DNA of 64,000 nucleotides. Origin: an uncultured archaeon (lineage in GTDB: Archaea > Iainarchaeota > Iainarchaeia > Iainarchaeales > CSSED10-239). How positions within the stretch are numbered: the stretch's first letter is position 1; every line of letters starts with the position of its first letter. The notes below the pieces were generated by a model, which saw only the letters and a program-made list of their open reading frames with translations, had not been told where the DNA came from and did not search any database. Of this stretch, positions 57,901 to 64,000 are shown piece after piece. Made by a program: the position numbers and the translations under genes. The stretch lies in contig CAZQEL010000001.1 of assembly GCA_964591795.1 (NCBI GenBank), positions 12,189-76,188 on the forward strand. Reading direction: 5' to 3'.

Positions 57901-60900
57901 ATTGATTATTCATATTATAACTTTGAGTAAAATTGTTTCCACCATAATATGGATTATTCATTTGGTTCATTTGTCCAAAATTGTTTTGACCATGATATTG
58001 ATTATACATTCCATATCCACCAAACCAGTTACATCCTAAAATTGGAACTGCTTGTTTTGGTATTTCTATACATGTTGAATAATCGTTAACAATTACATTT
58101 GTTTTAAGAGAAGTTTCTACAACATCAACACCATTTATATTTCCTTTAGTTGATTTAAAATTAATTATTGGTGTTTCAACAGCAGAGTTAATTTTATAAG
58201 CTTTAAATTTAAGTTGCATTGTAGTTTTTGAATTTCTAGGCAAACTAGAAATAACTAAAGTATCAACTAAATTTTCTAAAATTGCTTCTTTATTTGAAAC
58301 TGATATAGAAAATGTACCTACTTCTGATTTATTTTTCCAATCTAAAGTTGCCATTATTTGTCCAAGATCTACTGGTCTTGAGTTAACAGTACATTTATTT
58401 TCTAATGTAAAATCAAGAGTTGTTGCTTCATTTGATTTTGTTCTTAAAGTACCTTCAACTGGAAGTATCTTTAAACAATCAAGTGAATCCAGTGAATTAC
58501 CTAAAACAATTCTAACTGTAACAGGTATTGTTACTGTCCAAATTTTATTAAGTTCAGTATTTTTAAATTTAATTAAAACATCAGTTTTAAATGTTTCTTG
58601 AGTATAAAGATTAATACCTTTTTCTGTTAATGTAGCTGAAAGCTCAACATCTGCTTGAGATGCATTATCTATTAAACTATCAGTTAAATTAAATTTTAAA
58701 TCAACATATTCACTAGCAGCTGTTTGTTCAATTGACATTACTGTTAATGGAACATATGTTTCATTAATTAAACTAAAATTATAAATTTCTTTAACATCTC
58801 TTGAAGCATCAAGAGTTAATGTTATTTCTTTAGGAACTGGAGTTATTAATTTATCATCAATTACAAGTTCAATATCTTGCATTCTATATTCATTTTTAGT
58901 TACAATTATTCTTAACACATCAGATACATTTGGAGCTGGTAAAATAAATCCAAATAATCCTTGATCATTTGTAACTCCTGTTTCAATAGTTTCGTTGTTT
59001 AATAAAATTGCAACATTTGCATTCTTCACTGAAACATTAGAATCATCACTAACAGATATCATCATATTATTAGTTAAGAAAGGAACTATTTTCCTAGGAA
59101 CATATTCAATAGTCATTTTCTTTGCAGCTTTTATATCTATTAATATGCTTTTTGAAAATACTTCTTGTCCGTTTGAAACTACAGTAAAATTAATTGTGTC
59201 TGAAACATCATCAACAACCTTAAAATTAACTTCACCTGTAACTAAATCGTTTGAAGTTAAGTTACCTAAACTAATTTCAGAAAAGTCATCACTTCTAAGT
59301 ATGCTTCCTGAAGAAGAATTAATTATATATTCTTTTAAAACAACTGAAGAACCAGTAGTTACTAAAAGAACTGCATCAGGAGCTATTTTTAAGTCCATCA
59401 TATTAAGACTAAATGAAAGTCTATAATCGTTATTTATTTGAGCATTATATTTATCAACAATACTTTTTGATAAATTTGTTTGTGTATTAGTAATTATAAA
59501 ACTATAACATAAAAGAGAAGTACATTGATTGTATGAACCAGTGAACAACTGAACTTGCTTTGATTGTGCATATAATGTTTGCTTTGTACTTGTTGAAACT
59601 AAAGAGGTATCAACTGGTGTTCTTACAACACTTGCACCCTTATAAAATTCAGCTCTATAATTTACTGCTTGATTTGTAAAAGCAGTATCAAGAACAATAA
59701 TATCAGCTTCAATTAAATGACTTCCTAAAACTGGATTTTTAATAGTTAAATTAAACCATTTTGCATTTCTTAAAGTTTTGTTTGAAAAATCAGTTGTTTG
59801 ACCTAAACATGGTGTATAAGTTAATGAACCTAAAACATCAGATTTAGAATATCTAACATCTTTAATAAATAAATTATCTTCTGAAACATTATAAGATCTT
59901 GTAGAACATAAAGGATTTGGTGTTTCTCCAGTTCTAATATGTGCAGTTACTTTTGAAAATGATTTTGTAACATTTAAAATAAATCTTGCAGTTACTTGTG
60001 CACCAGGAGCAACTGAATTAATTTTTTCTCCAGTAGCATCATAGAAACCTAAAAATTCAATTCCAGATGTATTTGAACTTCTTGGTAAAGTAAACTCTAA
60101 GTTTTTAACTTCACTTGCATCAATTGAATATCTTGGAGTAATAAATTGTGATTCAAAATTATCTATAGCAAAATAAACTTGTTTATCTGCTCTAATTTTT
60201 ATTAAAGTAAAACCATCTTGGTTAGTTGTTGTTGTTTTATCATTAAGTATCATATCATTTGAAGAATCATAAACATATATGTTACCAGAATAATTTTCTC
60301 CAAATTCTGATTTTAAAATTAAATTAAATGTTCCTTCTCCAATTACCATTTTAATTGTTTGTTCGTTAATTTCTTGTTCTGAAATTTTAAATGGATTTGT
60401 ATAATCAGAAGTAAATTTTCCTTTAACTGCATCAAGTTTATATGTTCTTTCAGTATCTAAATTTGTAACAATAACTTTACCATAAATATCAGCTGTCATT
60501 GTTTGAAGAACAATACCTTCATCAGCATCCCAAAGTCTAACTGTTGCAAAATCAACTGGACTTAATAATACATCTTTAACTGTAATTATTAAACTTCTAA
60601 TATTTTCATTTGTAATTGGAACTAATGAAATTGGTTTAACATTATCATTTATTCTTAAATTATTTTCTGTTTTTAAAATATAACTTTCGTTATTGAAAAC
60701 TACTTTATAAGAAATATTTTCCTCAACACCAAAAGACACTAAACCAGTATCATCAGTAGTTTCGGTTTTAATAACTACATTTCCTTTGTACAAAGAAGTT
60801 GTAACATTTAAAACAGGTTCTTTTGTAATTGCATTAACAACTTTAAATTTAAGTTTACCAATGAATGCTTTTTCAATTAAAACTTCACTAGTCGCTAAAG

Positions 60901-61867
60901 CACCATCAACAAAGCTAATTTGAACTGAATCAAGTTCACTTATAGGTTTATACCTATCATCATCATCATAAATCACAACATAGTATGTTCCTACTGAAAC
61001 AGCATTAAAATAAACTACACCATTTGTGTTTGTAACACCTTCACGCACTGCTTGACTTTGCATATTATAAATTGAAACAGATACATTTGAAACTGGAACT
61101 TTTAAATCTTTATCTAAAACAGTAATTGTTCCATCACCTAATTTCATTGCTTCAAAACTTAAGTTAACTTCACCAGCTGCATTATCTTCATTTACTTCTA
61201 AAGATTCTAAAGCATTAACTGTAGATGATTCTATTGACACTTGTAAATAACCACAATCAGAAGGAATATCTGTTAAAGTAATTATTCCATCATTTATAGA
61301 AATATCACTTTTTATATAATCTTCATTTCCAGAACATGTTATACTTGAAACTGTTAATGGAGATGAATATAATTCGTTATTTGATTTAAAATTAATTGTT
61401 TTAGAAAGAGTTTTTATTTTTAATTTTAAAGTTACAGTAAAGTTTAATTTTTCACTAAAATTTATTTCCTGAGGAGTTTCAATTAAATATTTATCACTAT
61501 TAATACCTAGTGTGATTTTTTCTTTTTTAACATCTGAGACAATTGCAGCACCATAAGCATCAGAAACTAATTGTTTCTTAGTACTACCAAATAAAATATT
61601 AAAGGATTGATTAATTATAGGTTCGTTTTGATTATCAACAAATTTAAGAGCATAACTTTCATCTGTAGTTGGAGTTGTTCCAACAAACATAAAAACTAAA
61701 AATATTATTAAAAGCAGTATAATTAAATTAAATAATAAAAAAGTTGGAATTCCATGCTTTTCTAAAGGATCAACAATTTTATATAAATTTATTCCTTTTT
61801 TTTCTAAGTTATCAAGAAACTTAAAATATTTTTCTTCTTGTTTGTAGTAAAAAGCTCTTAAACCCAT
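54944..61867 (-). CDS. Giant membrane-anchored surface protein (2307 aa). It has the conserved MGL leader and TM, beta-sandwich repeats, a ~140-aa Q/N/Y/G-rich low-complexity domain and the family C-terminal module.
   Basis: N-terminus MGLRAFYYKQEEKYFKFL...IPTFLLFNLIILLLIIFLVFMFV. Low-complexity ...NWFGGYGMYNQYHGQNNFGQMNQMNNPYYGGNNFTQSYNMNNQYNRNNQYQQGSGYYTQQQGYNYPQYN... C-terminal motifs NEYYCDQEQFYDYL, ILFYMPINPDYQ and ...NNVCFMSDSSEIKLWHNP. Confidence 0.8.
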   Translation of the reverse strand: MGLRAFYYKQEEKYFKFLDNLEKKGINLYKIVDPLEKHGIPTFLLFNLIILLLIIFLVFMFVGTTPTTDESYALKFVDNQNEPIINQSFNILFGSTKKQLVSDAYGAAIVSDVKKEKITLGINSDKYLIETPQEINFSEKLNFTVTLKLKIKTLSKTINFKSNNELYSSPLTVSSITCSGNEDYIKSDISINDGIITLTDIPSDCGYLQVSIESSTVNALESLEVNEDNAAGEVNLSFEAMKLGDGTITVLDKDLKVPVSNVSVSIYNMQSQAVREGVTNTNGVVYFNAVSVGTYYVVIYDDDDRYKPISELDSVQISFVDGALATSEVLIEKAFIGKLKFKVVNAITKEPVLNVTTSLYKGNVVIKTETTDDTGLVSFGVEENISYKVVFNNESYILKTENNLRINDNVKPISLVPITNENIRSLIITVKDVLLSPVDFATVRLWDADEGIVLQTMTADIYGKVIVTNLDTERTYKLDAVKGKFTSDYTNPFKISEQEINEQTIKMVIGEGTFNLILKSEFGENYSGNIYVYDSSNDMILNDKTTTTNQDGFTLIKIRADKQVYFAIDNFESQFITPRYSIDASEVKNLEFTLPRSSNTSGIEFLGFYDATGEKINSVAPGAQVTARFILNVTKSFSKVTAHIRTGETPNPLCSTRSYNVSEDNLFIKDVRYSKSDVLGSLTYTPCLGQTTDFSNKTLRNAKWFNLTIKNPVLGSHLIEADIIVLDTAFTNQAVNYRAEFYKGASVVRTPVDTSLVSTSTKQTLYAQSKQVQLFTGSYNQCTSLLCYSFIITNTQTNLSKSIVDKYNAQINNDYRLSFSLNMMDLKIAPDAVLLVTTGSSVVLKEYIINSSSGSILRSDDFSEISLGNLTSNDLVTGEVNFKVVDDVSDTINFTVVSNGQEVFSKSILIDIKAAKKMTIEYVPRKIVPFLTNNMMISVSDDSNVSVKNANVAILLNNETIETGVTNDQGLFGFILPAPNVSDVLRIIVTKNEYRMQDIELVIDDKLITPVPKEITLTLDASRDVKEIYNFSLINETYVPLTVMSIEQTAASEYVDLKFNLTDSLIDNASQADVELSATLTEKGINLYTQETFKTDVLIKFKNTELNKIWTVTIPVTVRIVLGNSLDSLDCLKILPVEGTLRTKSNEATTLDFTLENKCTVNSRPVDLGQIMATLDWKNKSEVGTFSISVSNKEAILENLVDTLVISSLPRNSKTTMQLKFKAYKINSAVETPIINFKSTKGNINGVDVVETSLKTNVIVNDYSTCIEIPKQAVPILGCNWFGGYGMYNQYHGQNNFGQMNQMNNPYYGGNNFTQSYNMNNQYNRNNQYQQGSGYYTQQQGYNYPQYNLVGQTGYTGTQASSVNPYNYPTGQAQNMSGYNNNYNFSSGYPQGNYGAQGNTNNMNCPVRPTYIKNNCLEAVDLKLDPNYGITITSDAEFSLNPGDSEEVLLMGGEEMGSFNIPVSVKPSVSSSTAYSLVGKIPVSVTLPISFMPSKCIQVTPQKLDFSNIVDPKYQIVKVMNSCFSEGYRLVEVNYLDLMDLNFDGVSFLNVGEMQGRIQPIKVDYLTDLKTNDPIEVWEIALRRNPEISKTISAKEYLNKYKTNSVAAGLVSTFRRMLIDVEDTVNLKFILSVGLQSPQGQSSIIYNNIGMQLTDNFQWLILDNKDNWDILNEFTGDQDMTDEELEFVDTSVKLTYKIDSARNAVFIQVPEAELAFNKFKQIDQEPEVTRCFFGYVKDFPITGIKETSHIKDIGLFYLPDTYDPLKVSIEFVTRNKNVFKLCFTRPVEAFENDFVINSKLPIYDLFKEKFELWAINEESSKTYLQGHTFIGVDTKVATNELSFIEPSDPNADSDDLDTQDLILCNAPDLSENQDGFTGTKAYEKYGFDKILFEYSNITGNTCNEYYCDQEQFYDYLKFKANGLDDLSNTTNFVKLGDIYFEIANNTIKVNPIKVNLCDGVCDAFSKGDNSINAYVTSAESLLNNIPDELKEITIIKTHKLTVNGSNIISLGGYNYTTVKYFLDNYNDLGLTSEDKVALYSDMEVYFGASPQVFTSNLKKFSQTKEEYNNKILIKYNNNIYKKYDFEYTEDKNILVPGTYIVKLLNINDNNVSITIGDLVNGISDDYKQNILFYMPINPDYQKSLNVLRAPYLPEYIKTTYTTDNWSSLQEGYIFTLKDMVNYNFTNSRPFYFSKNYALKLIEVSENNTEIASLDVASKLFLLSDNTNQKVTIYANPKFTQYTKVFAATTNNDNQFTIYNLNMNNVSPRLTYNNMTQVFNEIKNNNVCFMSDSSEIKLWHNPDNFKNN

Positions 61868-62038
61868 AAGTTATTCTCTCTTTTATATATATATTATACT
61901 TAAACAGCATAATCCTTTAAAAACTATGTTATTTATTAAATAATAATTGTGCTTATATATTTAAATACCTTTTTATTAACCATAAAAAGTTAATAGATTA
62001 CAAAAACACTGTTTTTCAGCTAAAAACTAATTAAAAAC

Positions 62039-63718
62039 CTAATTTGAAACACATGCAGCAGTACCAGATTCTCCTGCTTCATAAGTTTTACAACTCCATC
62101 CAGGATCACTTGTTTGGTCTACAATTGTAAATAAATTAAAATAACCATTATTATTTAACGATGCAAGAGGTACAGGATCAAAAAATGAATATTGAGAATA
62201 ACTATCTTCTAATTTCACATATATTTTTGTAGTTTCATTTGAAAGAATATATCTCGGATTAGTTTCATTAAATTCAAAAAGTAAACTAGATTTTTTAGGA
62301 GTATGACATCTAAGATATTGATTATCTGGAACTTGATTAATCACAGAAGTATCATTTAGGTTAAATAAATTACCATCTGCATCAATAGACAGTCCAAGAT
62401 TTGATGCTTTATTAAAAAATAATATATCAAATGTATCTGAAGTTAAAGTAGTTAATGAACCATTAAAATTAATCAATTTTTCAGAAATATTTTTTGTAAT
62501 TTTACTATTAGAAAGCATTTTAACATCACATATTTCAAAATCATAATTAGAAGTTAAATTATTTAAACAAGATAATCCATTTTCACTAGTTAATTTTAAT
62601 CCACCCTCATAACCTATAAAACTTCTATTATCTAAATTATTTTTAACAGTAGTTTCTAAAAGATCTAAAAATATTGATTGAATATGAGATGTTTGAAGAT
62701 TATAATCAAATGAATCTGATAAATTAATAGTAGTTCCTAAAACTATAATTCCATTTCCATTATTTGCTTGAAAATTAATTACTTCTTCAGGTGCTTTACA
62801 TTCTGCTCCTATAAATCCATTTTTAGTAACTGTTTTATACAAGTCTGTTCTCGGAGCACAACTATCTATATCACAAATACCAACTTTTGCACTGTTTAAT
62901 GCATAATTAATATGAGGATTCAAAAAACCCTTTGAATTATAAAGATTATTTAAAATATATTCACTATTTTCTTCTTTTTCAAGATCAACTCCAAGAGCAA
63001 AATTTCTTACAGTTCGCATTGCTTGAAAACCTCTCCAAGGTAGATAAATTCTATATTCTCTTCTTGCAAAAACAGGTCTCTGAATAACTTGATCATCAAT
63101 ATTTCTTTTAACTACAATCATTGGTAATTTTTCATAATCCGTTGACGATAACTTTCTTGTATCTATTTTAAAATAAAGAGTACCAATACAAAAGTCAGAT
63201 GCTTGTTCACAACCAATAACTTTTATTTTTTCATCAGAAGCAATAAAAGCTTTTCCAATTATATCTGCAAGTTCAACTTGATTATAATCAGGAATTGTAA
63301 TTGTATATCCTAAAGGAGGATTAGTATACTCTAAAGACTCAGTTACAGATAATGCAAAATAAGTTTCAAAACTATTATCAAAAAAAATTTTATTAGCATA
63401 ATTCTCAATAAATCCATTCCAATCCATAGTTGCAAATTGTCTTGTAATAGTTACAACATTCTCTGGTTCACTTCTATATTCAGCCCATCTTTCTCTAAAG
63501 CTTACAACAAAAATATTAAATGCATCTGCTCTTGATAAATCTGCAATTGTCATTAGATCTGATGTTTTTGATTGATCTTGAATTAAAGATAAATAGTTTT
63601 CTTCAGTTTGAACCATATTATATACAAAAACAATAGTTATTGATACAAGCATTAAAGCAATTAAGGCAGTAAAAAGATTAAATCCTCTTTTATTTTTAAG
63701 CATCTGTATATACACCAA
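62039..63718 (-). CDS. Large (559 aa) protein with an archaeal class III (type IV pilin/archaellin-like) signal peptide. Candidate pilin-like adhesin or minor pilin. It is the first gene of the cluster.
   Basis: N-terminus MVYIQMLKNKRG|FNLFTALIALMLVSITIVFVYNMV: a short basic n-region, a KRG-F putative prepilin-peptidase cleavage site and a ~22-residue hydrophobic helix. The remainder is Cys-containing and N-glycosylation-sequon rich. Confidence 0.55.
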   Translation of the reverse strand: MVYIQMLKNKRGFNLFTALIALMLVSITIVFVYNMVQTEENYLSLIQDQSKTSDLMTIADLSRADAFNIFVVSFRERWAEYRSEPENVVTITRQFATMDWNGFIENYANKIFFDNSFETYFALSVTESLEYTNPPLGYTITIPDYNQVELADIIGKAFIASDEKIKVIGCEQASDFCIGTLYFKIDTRKLSSTDYEKLPMIVVKRNIDDQVIQRPVFARREYRIYLPWRGFQAMRTVRNFALGVDLEKEENSEYILNNLYNSKGFLNPHINYALNSAKVGICDIDSCAPRTDLYKTVTKNGFIGAECKAPEEVINFQANNGNGIIVLGTTINLSDSFDYNLQTSHIQSIFLDLLETTVKNNLDNRSFIGYEGGLKLTSENGLSCLNNLTSNYDFEICDVKMLSNSKITKNISEKLINFNGSLTTLTSDTFDILFFNKASNLGLSIDADGNLFNLNDTSVINQVPDNQYLRCHTPKKSSLLFEFNETNPRYILSNETTKIYVKLEDSYSQYSFFDPVPLASLNNNGYFNLFTIVDQTSDPGWSCKTYEAGESGTAACVSN

Positions 63719-63822
63719 TATTTATAAAATATTAATTAAAATATATAGAAGTAGTTTAGGTTTTTATATATTTCTTTTTTAAAAATAAAAAAAGAAAAAG
63801 ATTAAATTTTTAAAAATTAAAA

Positions 63823-64000
63823 TTATTTAATCTTTTTTATTGAACAAGAATCAATTCTTGTAGTTGGCATTGATGAAATAATACTTGGGTCTTGAGTATT
63901 ATATGGATTAATATCAATTACATATCTTGACTTATAATCCCCATCTGAAGGTTCAATATATTCCATGCTTGCAACATACAAAATATTTTTTGTAAAAGTT
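63823..64000 (-). CDS. Partial CDS with its C-terminal end in the window (...TFTKNILYVASMEYIEPSDGDYKSRYVIDINPYNTQDPSIISSMPTTRIDSCSIKKIK*). The N-terminus lies beyond the window end.
   Basis: Hand translation of the minus strand. Open to the window edge, so it is absent from the ORF track. Confidence 0.4.
   Translation of the reverse strand, partial: TFTKNILYVASMEYIEPSDGDYKSRYVIDINPYNTQDPSIISSMPTTRIDSCSIKKIK

Noticed and set aside
47634-59426. Plus-strand or alternate-frame ORFs 47634-47840, 49098-49292, 49311-49493, 51287-51481, 51525-51713, 51548-51844, 52289-52516, 57830-58039 and 58995-59426.
   Set aside because: All lie inside the giant surface-protein ORFs on the opposite strand or in a different frame. 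Their translations are low complexity. The 57830-58039 ORF is the antisense image of the Q/N-rich region (I/L/H-rich).
1-64000. Searched by eye for CRISPR arrays, rRNA genes, transposases or IS inverted repeats, and a DGR (reverse transcriptase plus template/variable repeat) that might target the surface proteins.
   Set aside because: No regularly spaced direct repeats and no GC-rich rRNA-like blocks. No transposase or RT-like ORF. No TR/VR pair could be identified without computational self-alignment. A DGR acting from outside the window cannot be excluded; this would need a dot-plot of the C-terminal regions against the rest of the genome.

Overview
The window is very AT-rich (roughly 25% GC) and its genes are archaeal in type. 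It carries a split RNA polymerase operon (rpoH, B'', B', A', A'') followed by eL30, uS12 and uS7. It also carries an archaeal-type ProRS ending in a C-terminal Tyr, an AlaRS with an archaeal zinc-finger N-terminus, and an ATP-dependent DNA ligase. Gene content, small size and compositional bias suggest a DPANN-like or similarly reduced archaeon, but this is inference. All predicted genes but one (a KaiC-like ATPase) are on the minus strand. The first ~29 kb is mostly housekeeping: a standalone PPDK_N-domain protein (partial), the rpo/ribosomal operon, the KaiC-like ATPase, DNA ligase, proS, alaS and hisS. tRNA-Pro sits near proS and tRNA-His directly upstream of hisS; a tRNA-Arg lies next to a bacterial-type HU protein. 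This stretch also holds a membrane-anchored two-HKD phospholipase-D-family protein, a SAM methyltransferase, and two tandem membrane-anchored serpins whose reactive-centre loops have diverged. The remaining ~35 kb (28.9-63.7 kb) is the most unusual part. It is a tightly packed, co-directional cluster that opens with a 559-aa protein carrying an archaeal class III (type IV pilin-like) signal peptide. Then come four giant membrane-anchored surface proteins (2307, 1862, 2505 and 2111 aa) and a 973-aa secreted protein. These are built from N-glycosylation-sequon-rich beta-sandwich repeats, with a shared N-terminal cytoplasmic leader and signal-anchor module and a shared ~900-aa Cys-motif C-terminal module. 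The cluster also holds a 762-aa Gly-rich beta-helix-like secreted protein and small secreted and membrane proteins. I read this cluster as a candidate undescribed cell-surface, adhesion or host-interaction system that includes a pilin-like component. No CRISPR array, rRNA, transposase or reverse transcriptase was found.
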